From Desulfobaccales bacterium (GTDB taxonomy: Bacteria > Desulfobacterota > Desulfobaccia > Desulfobaccales > 0-14-0-80-60-11), in the NCBI GenBank assembly GCA_050014275.1, contig JBEKDQ010000001.1, forward strand, positions 648 through 64,647: 64,000 nt of DNA, given 5' to 3'. The stretch's first letter is position 1; each line of letters begins with the position of its first letter. Positions 55,251 to 64,000 of this stretch are shown in pieces. The notes beneath the pieces are model-generated. The model had not been told where the DNA came from, did not search any database, and saw nothing but the letters and a program-made list of their open reading frames with translations. A program made the position numbers and the translations under genes.

Positions 55251-55577
55251 CAGTGGTGTCCGGCAACAAAATTGCAAGGAGAAGATTACACTCTATCTTG
55301 CAGTTAAACTCTAGAACATTGTAATTTCAGTGATATCAACATATTATACCGACGCTCACTAAATTCCCTCTCCCCTGCGAGGGGACGACACCGGGGGAGG
55401 GGTGGCTTCATCGGCCGTTCCATACCCCCCTCACCCTGCCCTCTCCCCCCAAGGGGGAGAGGGAAATAACTTGTAAATTCCATGAATTGATTACCTAACG
55501 GGCGTGCCTAAGTTCAGTCAATTCTCTACTGCCTATCTCATAGCAAAAACTAGCAAAAACCTTGCCGAACACCACGG
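55251..55577 (-). mobile_element. MITE-like element, copy 2 (327 bp, inverted relative to copy 1)
   Basis: Alignable end to end with the reverse complement of 48270-48585, with scattered mismatches and a ~12-nt internal duplication (AGCAAAAAC x2). TIRs are CAGTGGTGTCCGGCAA / TTGCCGAACACCACGG. The flanking 9-bp duplication is GGTCTTGTT / GGTCTTGTC. Confidence 0.8.
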
Positions 55578-55619
55578 GGTCTTGTCAGGTCGCCGGGCCC
55601 AAACTGCGGCCGCGGTCGC

Positions 55620-55795
55620 TTAATTGACCAGCAGGTTGGGGGGCAGTTGGTTGAATTGGCTGCGGTACCGCAGTTGACTGCTGGCGAACAGGATGGAAAA
55701 AATATTGTGGTCATCGCTCACCGGCCTGGGGTTTTTCAGCATTTCCCGGGTCACCAGCCGCACCGCCTTCAAGGTCCGGTAATCTTTGGGCGGTG
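55620..55795 (-). pseudogene. 3'-terminal fragment of an unidentified gene
   Basis: Hand translation gives …PKDYRTLKAVRLVTREMLKNPRPVSDDHNIFSILFASSQLRYRSQFNQLPPNLLVN then stop. The frame is closed upstream, where REP-like repeat A begins. No start codon or N-terminal part. Confidence 0.3.
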
Positions 55796-55796
55796 A

Positions 55797-55925
55797 CTGT
55801 AGAACTTGGGTATGAGATTAATAGTTACATCCTTCTTCTCTGCGCTCTCTGCGCCTCTAGGGTGAAAAATAGAGTCGGGATTCACCCCAGAGACGCAGAG
55901 GACGCGGAAGGCTACTCCTGGGGGG
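55797..55925 (+). repeat. REP-like hairpin repeat, copy A
   Basis: Shares ~125 bp with copy B and a ~72-bp core with copy C: ATCCTTCTTCTCTGCGCTCTCTGCGCCTCT.GGGTGAAAAATAGAGTCGGGATTCACC.CAGAGACGCAGAG. Confidence 0.8.
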
Positions 55926-56037
55926 TGGCCAGGAAGCCTTCGTCGGCCCTAATGCAAATGCGGGATATGCTTCGCTTTCCCGCCCTACGGGCTCAAACAT
56001 GGAATCAAAAGGATTGTCCTAGGCTTAAAAGAATGAA

Positions 56038-56163
56038 CTATAGAAGTATACGAGATTAATGATTCCATCCTTCTTCTCTGCTCTCTGCGCCTCTGCGATG
56101 AAAAATAAAGTCGGGATTCACCGCAGAGACGCAGAGGACGCGGAAGGCTACTCCTGGGGCGGT
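56038..56163 (+). repeat. REP-like hairpin repeat, copy B
   Basis: Direct repeat of copy A, ~240 bp downstream and in the same orientation. The core forms a ~20-bp stem (CTCTGCGCCTCTGCG.TGAA / TTCACCGCAGAGACGCAGAG). Confidence 0.8.
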
Positions 56164-56334
56164 TCTGGCCGGGCAGGATTTGCAAAGCGGGTTCGGGTTT
56201 AGTAATCTACCGATAATTGATTAGCCCGGAAACGAGTTCAGTGACAGGAGGGGACTGAGGCCTGTTGCTCCTGGCCGCTCCCTCCAGCAAGTCTTCCCGA
56301 GCTGAGGCAAAGTATCATCCTGGTGGCATCATCC

Positions 56335-57864
56335 ATGAAGAAAACGATTTTTAAACTAATCCTCAGCTCTCTCCTCATATGCCTGGCAGCCTGGCATTTC
56401 TTGGCTATCGCGGGGGGAGGCGCAGCCGATCCTGCTCCCGGCGTCCTGGCTCCTTCCCAGTCGGGCAACCCCTATGCCTTTCTATTCGAGGTGCTGGCCA
56501 TCGTCCTCATCATCGCCTCCGTGGGCCAGTATGCCGCAGCCAGGCTGAAGCAGTCTCCGATGCTGGGGGAAATTACGATAGGGATCATCGTCGGCACCCT
56601 GCTATACCAGCTCGGAATGCCTACCATGACCATTATTCGCCACTATGAACAGGTGCATCAGGTTTCGAGTGCAGCTATGAAAGCAAATGTCTGTTTTAGT
56701 GATGCTACCCATAAAGTTTTGAAAGAGGCCGGGCTACCCGAGAAGGATACCCAAAAATTAGAGCAGGTGCTCCTCAGGGAGGATGTAGCCCAATCCTACC
56801 TTACGGTCAATGCCCTGCAACTTTTCTCGAACCTGGGGGTGGTGCTCCTCCTCTTCCTGGTGGGGCTGGAATGCAATGTGAAGGACATGCGGGCCGTAGG
56901 GTGGTGGGCCCTGGGGGTGGCGCTTATCGGCATGGTGGGAATTTTCCTTTTAAGTTATCTGGCCCTGAGCATTTTATTCCTTAAAGGCGGCAATCCCCTT
57001 ATCCCGGTATTTCTGGCCGCGGCCCTTACCGCTACCAGTATCAGCATCACCGCCCGGGTCTTTCAGGACCTGAAATGGATGCGTAAAAGGGAAGCCAAGG
57101 TGGTCCTGGGGGCCGCGGTCATAGATGATGTGCTGGGGCTCATCCTCCTGGCGGTGGTGACTGGGGTGGCCATCAGTGGCGCGGTGGACCTCTCCACCGT
57201 GGCCGGGATCTTCTTAAAAGCCGCAATATTTTTAGTGGGCGTGCTCCTTTTGGGCGCCATTCTTGTTCCTCGTTTGGTAACACTTTTCGCCACCCTTTCC
57301 CGGAGAAATGTCAGGGTCATCTTTCCCTTTGCCCTGGTCATGCTTCTGGCCTGGCTGGCCGACCGGTTTGGCCTGGCCACCATCATCGGCGCATTCGCTG
57401 CCGGGTTAATCATCGAAGAGGATTATTTCCCCGGGGGGGGTCAAGGCCGGACGGTGGAATCAATTATTGCTCCCATCCAGTCGCTCTTCGCTCCCATCTT
57501 TTTTGTTCTGATCGGCCTCCGGGTGGACATAACCGTTTTGGCCAATGCGCAGGTCCTCCTCATGAGCCTGGTGTCGGTGGGAATCATTGTCATCTGCAAG
57601 CTGATCTCGGCCCTGCCGGTGAAACCAGGGGACAACCGTCTGGTAGTGGCCGCGGGTATGCTCCCCCGAGGAGAGGTGTCCCTCATCTTCGCCAGCCTGG
57701 GCAAGTCACTGGGCTTGCTCAATGACAACCTGTTTGCCGCCATCATCATTGTCATGTTGGTCACCACCTTCATCACCCCGCCGCTCTTGAAATGGGCCAT
57801 TGAGCGGCAGGAATTGTTAGCGTCTGTCCAGGCTAACCCACAAACCAGTGGGCAAAAAATTTGA
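56335..57864 (+). CDS. Cation:proton antiporter (CPA2 / Kef-NapA-type)
   Basis: ~509 aa from MKKTIFKL (the ORF track begins at GTG 56323). About 12 TM helices, the …LLLFLVGLE… motif, and no soluble KTN domain. Confidence 0.85.
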   Translation: MKKTIFKLILSSLLICLAAWHFLAIAGGGAADPAPGVLAPSQSGNPYAFLFEVLAIVLIIASVGQYAAARLKQSPMLGEITIGIIVGTLLYQLGMPTMTIIRHYEQVHQVSSAAMKANVCFSDATHKVLKEAGLPEKDTQKLEQVLLREDVAQSYLTVNALQLFSNLGVVLLLFLVGLECNVKDMRAVGWWALGVALIGMVGIFLLSYLALSILFLKGGNPLIPVFLAAALTATSISITARVFQDLKWMRKREAKVVLGAAVIDDVLGLILLAVVTGVAISGAVDLSTVAGIFLKAAIFLVGVLLLGAILVPRLVTLFATLSRRNVRVIFPFALVMLLAWLADRFGLATIIGAFAAGLIIEEDYFPGGGQGRTVESIIAPIQSLFAPIFFVLIGLRVDITVLANAQVLLMSLVSVGIIVICKLISALPVKPGDNRLVVAAGMLPRGEVSLIFASLGKSLGLLNDNLFAAIIIVMLVTTFITPPLLKWAIERQELLASVQANPQTSGQKI

Positions 57865-57895
57865 GGAAAGACCATCGCTTCTGAATACTTCGTAA

Positions 57896-58012
57896 ACTGA
57901 GTTGGGACTCGCTCTAGCCAGGGAGATCGTGGAGGCTCACGGCGGCCACCTCGAAGTAGCCAGCCAGCCGGGAAAGGGGACCAAATTCACTTTCACCGTC
58001 AGGGCGGCCTAA
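57896..58012 (+). pseudogene. C-terminal remnant of a sensor histidine kinase (HATPase G2-box to stop)
   Basis: Hand translation gives TELGLALAREIVEAHGGHLEVASQPGKGTKFTFTVRAA then stop. There is an in-frame stop immediately upstream (57893-95) and no remaining kinase body. Confidence 0.6.
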
Positions 58013-58073
58013 GCCGGTCCACCCCGCTGGCTTCGTCTGCTATAACTTATTAATCTTGAAAGGGGATTAATCC

Positions 58074-58172
58074 ATGGACCTTGTTTGGATAACTATCACC
58101 CTGCTTTTCTTTGTGATTTGCCTGCTTTATGTCGGCTTCCTGGCCAGGGAGGGCAAGACATGGAAAACCTGA
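58074..58172 (+). CDS. Candidate 32-aa hydrophobic micropeptide overlapping the kdpF start
   Basis: MDLVWITITLLFFVICLLYVGFLAREGKTWKT then stop. One predicted TM helix. The stop overlaps the kdpF start region (ACATGGAAAACCTGA). No homology is claimed. Confidence 0.3.
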   Translation: MDLVWITITLLFFVICLLYVGFLAREGKTWKT

Positions 58173-58243
58173 TCGTGGGCCTGGTGGCCTTCGCCCTGTT
58201 TATCTATCTTTTTGTGGTGCTGCTGCGCCCGCAAAAGTTCTAA
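58160..58243 (+). CDS. kdpF: K+-transporting ATPase subunit F
   Basis: 27 aa, MENLIVGLVAFALFIYLFVVLLRPQKF. The single TM helix and the …YL…LLRP.KF ending are typical of KdpF. It lies 16 nt upstream of kdpA. Confidence 0.7.
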   Translation: MENLIVGLVAFALFIYLFVVLLRPQKF

Positions 58244-58258
58244 CTCGGGGATGCCGCA

Positions 58259-60061
58259 ATGAATGCAAGCGGTTGGACCCAATTAATTCTCTTCAGCGTC
58301 ATCCTGCTGGCCCTCACCAAGCCCATGGGGTTGTACCTGGTGCAGGTGCTGGATGCCAATGGCCGGACCTTCCTCGATCCCCTCTTAAAGCCGGTGGAGC
58401 GCCTGACCTATCGCCTGGCCGGGATCGATCCCACCAAGGAGCAGGACTGGAAAGGCTACGCCGTCTCCGTCCTGATCTTCAGCCTGGTCACCATGTTGTT
58501 GACCTATTTCATCCTGCGGCTGCAATACTTTCTGCCCCTTAACCCCCAGGGTTTTGCCGGAGTGGCCGGGGATCTCTCCTTTGAGACCGCGGCCAGTTTC
58601 CTCGCTAACGCCAGCTACCAGAACTATGCCGGTGAAAACACCATGTCCTATCTCTCCCAGATGTTGGCCCTGGCCTCACACTGTTTTTTCTCAACGGCCA
58701 CGGCCATCGCCGTAGCCGCCGCCCTGGTGCGGGGCCTCGCCCGGGATAAGGCTGCGACCCTGGGGAATTTCTGGACCGATCAGACCCGCACCTGCCTTTA
58801 CCTGCTGCTGCCGATCTCTCTGGTATTTGCCGTGTTCTTGGTCTCCCAGGGGATGATCCAGAACTTCAGCGCCTACACCACTGCCCAGGTGGTGGAACCC
58901 TTTACTGCCCAGGTCGCCAAGAAGGACGCCGGCGGCCAGGAGGTCAAGGACGCCCAGGGCAACACGGTGATGGAGGATGTTAAGGTGGAAACCCAGACCA
59001 TCCCCCAGGGTCCCATGGCCTCCCAGGTATCCATCAAGATGCTGGGCAGCAATGGCGGCGGCTTCACCAACGCCAACGCCGCCCATCCCTTCGAGAATCC
59101 CACGCCGCTGTCGAATTTCATCCAGATGCTGTCCATCTTCCTGATACCCAGCGGCCTGACCTATTACCTGGGCCGCCAGTTAAGGAACCAGAAGCACGGC
59201 TGGTCGGTGTGGGCCGCCATGTTTTTGCTCTTCCTGGTAGGCGTGCTCATCTGCTGGGGGGCGGAAACCTATGGCAACCCGCGTCTGACGGCCCTGGGCC
59301 TCGACCCCGCCACCAGCGCCATGGAAGGCAAGGAAGTCCGCTTCGGCATCTTTAATTCCGCTCTGTCTACCACGATAACCACGGACGCCTCCTGCGGCGC
59401 GGTCAACGCCATGCTTGACTCCTGCACGCCCCTGGGCGGCCTGGTGCCGATGTTCAACATCCATCTGGGCGAGGTCATCTTCGGCGGCGCAGGGGCCGGC
59501 CTCTTCGGCATACTGGTCTTCGCGGTCCTGGCCATCTTCCTGGCGGGCCTGATGGTGGGCCGCACCCCGGAATACCTGGGAAAAAAGATCGAGTCCTTCG
59601 ACGTCCAGGTGGCGGGCCTGTCTATTCTGGTGCCCAGCATCTTCCTGCTGGGCTTCACCGCGTTGGCCGCCTCCAGCCAGTGGGGCGTCAAGCCCTTAGG
59701 CAATAGCGGACCCCACGGCTTCAGCGAGATACTCTACGCCTTCACTTCCTGTATCGGCAACAACGGCAGCGCCTTTGCGGGCCTGTCGGCCAACACCCTC
59801 TGGTATAACCTGACCCTGGGGCTGGCCACCCTGATCGGGCGCTTCTTATCCATCGTGCCGGTATTGGCGCTAGCCGGCAGCCTGGCGGCCAAAAAGACCA
59901 TCCCGATGAGTTCCGGCAGTTTTCCGGTTTCCGGCGTCACTTTTACACTTCTCCTCGTGGGCACCGTCACCATCGTGGGGGCCCTGACCTTCTTCCCGGT
60001 GATCAGCCTGGGCCCCATCGTTGAGCACTTCATCATGATTAATTCTAACAAGTTATTCTAA
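58259..60061 (+). CDS. kdpA: K+-transporting ATPase subunit A
   Basis: 600 aa polytopic protein with a KdpA-typical N-terminus (…WTQLILF…LTKPMGLYL…) and position in the kdpFABC order. Confidence 0.95.
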   Translation: MNASGWTQLILFSVILLALTKPMGLYLVQVLDANGRTFLDPLLKPVERLTYRLAGIDPTKEQDWKGYAVSVLIFSLVTMLLTYFILRLQYFLPLNPQGFAGVAGDLSFETAASFLANASYQNYAGENTMSYLSQMLALASHCFFSTATAIAVAAALVRGLARDKAATLGNFWTDQTRTCLYLLLPISLVFAVFLVSQGMIQNFSAYTTAQVVEPFTAQVAKKDAGGQEVKDAQGNTVMEDVKVETQTIPQGPMASQVSIKMLGSNGGGFTNANAAHPFENPTPLSNFIQMLSIFLIPSGLTYYLGRQLRNQKHGWSVWAAMFLLFLVGVLICWGAETYGNPRLTALGLDPATSAMEGKEVRFGIFNSALSTTITTDASCGAVNAMLDSCTPLGGLVPMFNIHLGEVIFGGAGAGLFGILVFAVLAIFLAGLMVGRTPEYLGKKIESFDVQVAGLSILVPSIFLLGFTALAASSQWGVKPLGNSGPHGFSEILYAFTSCIGNNGSAFAGLSANTLWYNLTLGLATLIGRFLSIVPVLALAGSLAAKKTIPMSSGSFPVSGVTFTLLLVGTVTIVGALTFFPVISLGPIVEHFIMINSNKLF

Positions 60062-60072
60062 GGACTCCGACG

Positions 60073-62103
60073 ATGGCTGCCAAAGTAAAAGCACGCTCAT
60101 TATTTGATAAGACTATCCTGATCCCGGCGATCGGGGATTCCTTTCGGAAGCTTGACCCCCGCGTGATGGTTCGTAATCCGGTGATGTTTGTGGCCTTGGC
60201 GGGAGCTGTGGTGACGACGGCCAAACTCTTTTATACCCCTTTACATGGCGGGTCTTGGGGTTTCTTTCTGCAAATCGCTCTGTGGCTCTGGTTCACGGTG
60301 CTGTTCGCCAACTTTGCCGAGGCCATGGCGGAAGGGCGGGGCAAGGCCCAGGCGGCCACCCTGCGCAAGGCTCGGACCCAGGCCATTGCCAATAGCCGGC
60401 TGCCTAGCGGGGTCATCGAGCCAATCCCGGCAGAGGCCCTGCGCAAAGGCGATATCTTCGTGGTTAAGGCCAATGAGGTGATTCCGGCGGATGGCGAAGT
60501 TATCGAAGGCGCGGCCACGGTGAATGAATCGGCCATCACCGGTGAGTCGGCCCCGGTGATTCGCGAGGCTGGCGGCGATCGCAGCGCGGTCACCGGCGGC
60601 ACCCAGGTGCTCTCCGATGAGATCTTGGTGCAGGTCACCGCCAACCCGGGGGAGAGCTTCATGGACCGGATGATCGCCCTGATCGAAGGCGCCAGCCGGC
60701 AGAAGACCCCCAACGAAATCGCCCTGACCATCCTGCTGGCAGCCATGACTATCATCTTTCTGGCAGTGATCGTCACCCTGAAGCTCTTTGGGACTTATGC
60801 GCAGGTGGATTTCTCCGTCCCAGTGCTGGCCGCCCTGCTGGTCTGCCTGATCCCCACCACCATCGGCGGCTTGCTGAGCGCCATCGGCATCGCCGGCATC
60901 GACCGGCTGGTGCAGCAAAACGTCCTGGCCATGAGCGGCCGCGCCGCCGAGGCTGCCGGTGACGTGGACGTGCTCCTGTTGGACAAGACCGGCACCATCA
61001 CCTTGGGCAACCGCCAGGCGGTGGAGTTCCTCCCGGCCCCGGGAGTCGATGTGAAAGAACTGGCCAGCATGGCGCAACTCGCCTCCCTGGTCGATGAAAC
61101 GCCCGAAGGGCGCAGCATCGTGGTGCTGGCCAAGCAATACGGCCTTAGGGGGCGGGATCTGCGTGAGTTCCCCAACGCCGAGTTTGTCCCCTTTAGCGCC
61201 AGGACCCGCATGAGCGGCGTCAATCTCCAGGGCGAGCAATACCGCAAGGGCGCCGCGGATGCGGTGCAAGAGTTCGTCGGCAAGCCGCTGCCTCCGGAGG
61301 TAGATGCTGAGATCCAGCGCATCGGCTTCCTGGGCGGCACCCCCCTGGTGGTCGCCAGCGCCGAAAAGATCTATGGAGTGGTCTATCTCAAGGACATCGT
61401 CAAAGGCGGCCTGGCGGACCGTTTCCTACGCTACCGGGCCATGGGCATCACCACCATCATGATTACCGGTGACAATCCCCTCACTGCCGCGGCCATCGCC
61501 AAGGAGGCCGGGGTCGACGATTTCCTGGCCCAGGCCAAACCGGAGGACAAGCTGGCCATGATTCACCGGGCACAGGCGGCCGGACACCTGGTGGCCATGA
61601 CCGGCGACGGCACCAACGACGCCCCGGCCCTGGCGCAGGCCGACGTGGGCGTGGCCATGAACACCGGCACCCAGGCGGCCAAAGAGGCCGGTAACATGGT
61701 GGATCTGGACTCTAACCCCACCAAACTCATCGAGATCGTAGAGATCGGCAAACAGCTTCTCATGACCCGGGGCGCCCTCACCACCTTCAGCATCGCCAAC
61801 GACGTAGCCAAATACTTTGCCATCATCCCGGCCATGCTAATGGCGACTTTCCCCCAAATCGCCCCCTTCAACGTCATGAAACTGGCCTCGTCGGAAAGCG
61901 CCATCCTCAGTGCGGTGATCTTCAATGCCCTGATCATTATTGCCCTGATTCCCCTGGCGCTGAAGGGCATCAAGTTCCGCCCCTTGGGGGCCGCCGCGGT
62001 GCTGCGGCGCAATCTGCTGATCTATGGCCTGGGCGGCGTCATCGTGCCCTTTATCAGCATCAAGCTCATCGACTTGATCGTCTCCGCCCTGCACCTGGCC
62101 TGA
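60073..62103 (+). CDS. kdpB: K+-transporting P-type ATPase subunit B
   Basis: 676 aa with [15 protein letters not shown] and [16 protein letters not shown]. Confidence 0.95.
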   Translation: MAAKVKARSLFDKTILIPAIGDSFRKLDPRVMVRNPVMFVALAGAVVTTAKLFYTPLHGGSWGFFLQIALWLWFTVLFANFAEAMAEGRGKAQAATLRKARTQAIANSRLPSGVIEPIPAEALRKGDIFVVKANEVIPADGEVIEGAATVNESAITGESAPVIREAGGDRSAVTGGTQVLSDEILVQVTANPGESFMDRMIALIEGASRQKTPNEIALTILLAAMTIIFLAVIVTLKLFGTYAQVDFSVPVLAALLVCLIPTTIGGLLSAIGIAGIDRLVQQNVLAMSGRAAEAAGDVDVLLLDKTGTITLGNRQAVEFLPAPGVDVKELASMAQLASLVDETPEGRSIVVLAKQYGLRGRDLREFPNAEFVPFSARTRMSGVNLQGEQYRKGAADAVQEFVGKPLPPEVDAEIQRIGFLGGTPLVVASAEKIYGVVYLKDIVKGGLADRFLRYRAMGITTIMITGDNPLTAAAIAKEAGVDDFLAQAKPEDKLAMIHRAQAAGHLVAMTGDGTNDAPALAQADVGVAMNTGTQAAKEAGNMVDLDSNPTKLIEIVEIGKQLLMTRGALTTFSIANDVAKYFAIIPAMLMATFPQIAPFNVMKLASSESAILSAVIFNALIIIALIPLALKGIKFRPLGAAAVLRRNLLIYGLGGVIVPFISIKLIDLIVSALHLA

Positions 62104-62116
62104 GAGAGAACGAGAT

Positions 62117-62713
62117 ATGAATATCCAAGGACTGCTTCAAGAAATCAAGGTTTCGGCCCTGGTCACCCTGGTCCTGTTGATCATCTTGTGCGGCCTCTAC
62201 CCCCTGGTGGTCTGGGGCATCGCCCAGGTGGTTTTTCCCAGCCAGGCCAACGGCTCCCTGCTGGAAGTTAAGGGGAAGGTGGTCGGCAGCGGCTTAATGG
62301 CCCAAAACTTCAGCGGGGCCCAGTATTTCCACCCGCGGCCCTCGGCCGCCGGCGACACTGGTTATGACGGTACCAGCTCCGGCGGCAGCAACCTGGGGCC
62401 ACTGTCCCGGAAGCTCAGCGACTATGTCAAGGAGCGGGTGGAGAAGTATCGCGCCGAAAATAACCTGCCGGCCGGAACTCCGGTTCCCGCCGACGCCGTG
62501 ACCGCCTCCGGCAGCGGCCTGGACCCCCATATCGGTCTGCGCAATGCCGCTTTTCAGGCCACTCGGGTTGCCCAGGCCAGAAAGTTGAGTAAAGATCAGG
62601 TCATGGGCCTCCTGCACAAATATACCGAAGGGCCTGACCTGGGCTTCTTGGGAGAGCCCGGGGTCAATGTGCTGCGGCTCAATCTGGCCCTGGACGCACT
62701 TTCGGTAAAGTAA
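62117..62713 (+). CDS. kdpC: K+-transporting ATPase subunit C
   Basis: 198 aa with a single N-terminal TM helix and the conserved ASGSGLDPHI motif. Confidence 0.9.
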   Translation: MNIQGLLQEIKVSALVTLVLLIILCGLYPLVVWGIAQVVFPSQANGSLLEVKGKVVGSGLMAQNFSGAQYFHPRPSAAGDTGYDGTSSGGSNLGPLSRKLSDYVKERVEKYRAENNLPAGTPVPADAVTASGSGLDPHIGLRNAAFQATRVAQARKLSKDQVMGLLHKYTEGPDLGFLGEPGVNVLRLNLALDALSVK

Positions 62714-62725
62714 GACAGTTTTTCT

Positions 62726-62800
62726 ATCCTTCTTCTCTGCGCTCTCTGCGCCTCTGCGGTGAAAAATAGAGTCGGGATTCACCGCAGAGACGCAGAGAGC
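62726..62800 (+). repeat. REP-like hairpin repeat, copy C (likely kdp operon terminator/insulator)
   Basis: Same 72-bp core as copies A and B. It starts 13 nt after the kdpC stop. ~20-bp stem CTCTGCGCCTCTGCGGTGAA / TTCACCGCAGAGACGCAGAG with a 14-nt loop. Confidence 0.8.
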
Positions 62801-62835
62801 TCCCCCTGGTAATCCCCAGGCCCCATCAGCTTGAC

Positions 62836-63675
62836 TCACCAAAGATTATGAGCGCTGGGATGTCCCTTCCTCGGCGCCAGGGATATGGCATCCATTTCAC
62901 AGGCCGAGCGGCAAATTCCGCATCCATAGCAGCGGAGGGGATCGACGAAGGTCTTCTGGTCCACCACTGAGAAGCCAATAGCCCCAAACTGGCACAAAGA
63001 ATGACATTCCCGGCAGCCTATGCAGGCATCGTTGCTCACCTCGGCCACATACTCACCGCGGAAGAAGGCGTGAAAATTATACTGATAACTGAGCATGGCC
63101 AGACAGTCGGCTCGATCGCAGTTGCAGAGGCCGCCGATGAAGGGGGTCTTGAAGGTCCAGATGGTGTGAATCAGCCCCTGTTTTTCAAAGCCGCGATGCA
63201 AATCGAGGGCCTCCGCCTTGGAGAGGCGGTCAACATGGGCATCTTCAGGACCATTCCTGAAGGTTTCCAGGAAGGCCTCCTGGAAGCCCAACATCTTCTC
63301 GGCGTCGAGCCCCAGGCCAAAGCAATACCCGGCGTCCGTCTTGCCTTTATTGATCTTGCGGCAGATGCAGGGAATGCGGACGATGGAACTGGCCAGGTCC
63401 ATCACCTGGGCGAGATCCTCCAGGGGAACCACCTGCCCGAAGTGATCCCGGCGCTGGCGCTTCTCCTGAAAATAGTAGATAAGCTTGCGCAGCCAGGCCG
63501 GAGCTCGCATGGCCTTTTGGAACCCGGCTTCCATCTTCTCGGCGCCCTGCAAATGCTTCGAAAAATCCTCCAGATAACGGCGGCGTTCCAGGTTATCAAG
63601 AAGTTCCTCGGAATAGTGCTCCGCCTTCAGATACCATTTCTTGCCGTCTCCGTGCTGATGGCAAAATTCGCACAT
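62836..63675 (-). CDS. Uncharacterised Cys-rich protein with C-terminal 2x[4Fe-4S] ferredoxin domain
   Basis: 279 aa. N-terminal MCEFCHQHGDGKKWY, a central CICRK…C…CNCDRADC, and C-terminal CIGCRECHSLC and CYGCGICRSAC motifs. Confidence 0.7.
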   Translation of the reverse strand: MCEFCHQHGDGKKWYLKAEHYSEELLDNLERRRYLEDFSKHLQGAEKMEAGFQKAMRAPAWLRKLIYYFQEKRQRRDHFGQVVPLEDLAQVMDLASSIVRIPCICRKINKGKTDAGYCFGLGLDAEKMLGFQEAFLETFRNGPEDAHVDRLSKAEALDLHRGFEKQGLIHTIWTFKTPFIGGLCNCDRADCLAMLSYQYNFHAFFRGEYVAEVSNDACIGCRECHSLCQFGAIGFSVVDQKTFVDPLRCYGCGICRSACEMDAISLAPRKGHPSAHNLW

Positions 63676-63742
63676 ATTAATTTCCCTCCTTTTTTGGGCT
63701 GGGGCGATGATGCTTCTTCATGGGCCAGAATCTGGACCCTGG

Positions 63743-64000
63743 TCATTTTGCCTCATCTCCATCGAGGCTCTCTCGGGACATCACCCGGAGCTGAAACATA
63801 CGGTCAATGATATAAGGCCGCAGGGCCCGGGCCCCCCGGGTAAGCTGCAGGGTCAAGGTGGCATTGTCTTCCAGGGAGAGCCCCTTTACGAGCCGGTCTC
63901 GGATGGCCATTTCGTGGTCCACGATGTCCCGGGCCAGGCGGGGGTAGAAGGAGGTCTCCTCCGGGGTGAGGCCTAATTCCCGGCAATCCTTGAGGATGCG
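63743..64000 (-). CDS. Partial CDS (C-terminal 85 aa; continues beyond the window), unknown function
   Basis: Hand translation of the minus strand is open from the window edge: RILKDCRELGLTPEETSFYPRLARDIVDHEMAIRD…RESLDGDEAK then stop (stop at 63743-45). It lies 67 nt upstream of the Cys-rich protein on the same strand. Confidence 0.4.
   Translation of the reverse strand, partial: RILKDCRELGLTPEETSFYPRLARDIVDHEMAIRDRLVKGLSLEDNATLTLQLTRGARALRPYIIDRMFQLRVMSRESLDGDEAK

Noticed and set aside
48270-55577. Composite transposon delimited by the two MITE copies.
   Set aside because: Each copy has its own, different 9-bp target-site duplication (CTGAGGAGT versus GGTCTTGTY). No transposase lies between them, so these are independent insertions.
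55797-56163. Possible CRISPR array suggested by repeated palindromic units.
   Set aside because: There are only two units at this locus. Each is ~125 bp, the gap between them (end of A to start of B) is ~110 bp, and the flanks differ. A third copy lies 6.5 kb away, and no cas genes are present. This pattern fits REP-like elements, not CRISPR.

Overview
High-GC, gene-dense bacterial chromosome segment. Its gene content looks like a strictly anaerobic, sigma-54-rich organism of the Desulfobacterota or syntroph type; that taxonomic guess is inference from gene content only. The theme is low-potential redox metabolism of alcohols, aldehydes and organic acids, plus cofactor biosynthesis. Main blocks, in order: (1) a ClC channel, a methyltransferase, and a tupA/MoaD-like/CMD trio. 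(2) An Fe-ADH, PAS histidine kinase and NtrC-type activator operon behind a sigma-54 promoter. (3) One co-directional string holding a mycofactocin-type RiPP cluster (SDR, mftA, mftB, mftC, mftF; no mftD or mftE), a DUF4242 protein, nickel-pincer cofactor genes larE-larB-larC with no larA, and a tungsten aldehyde:ferredoxin oxidoreductase (AOR). (4) A FIST protein with a hybrid kinase, then moaA. (5) A roughly 13.5-kb translationally coupled operon behind a strong sigma-54 promoter match. It encodes a cytoplasmic Mo/W-bisPGD oxidoreductase, an FeS subunit, HdrC, HdrB, a giant HdrA-GltD fusion, MvhD, an Mvh-type small subunit, a [NiFe]-hydrogenase large-subunit homolog lacking all four metal-ligand cysteines, a polyferredoxin, a second AOR, and a ThiF-like E1. 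I consider this the best candidate for an undescribed system: an electron-bifurcating pterin-enzyme complex with a pseudo-hydrogenase module. (6) Two DUF362 proteins and an Mrp/NBP35 ATPase. (7) Zn-ADH, PIG-L, a CBS-ACT protein and a tandem malic-enzyme fusion, with one copy of a ~320-bp MITE on each side of this block. (8) REP-like hairpin repeats, gene remnants, a CPA2 antiporter and kdpFABC without kdpDE. No rRNA, tRNA, CRISPR array or intact transposase was recognised.
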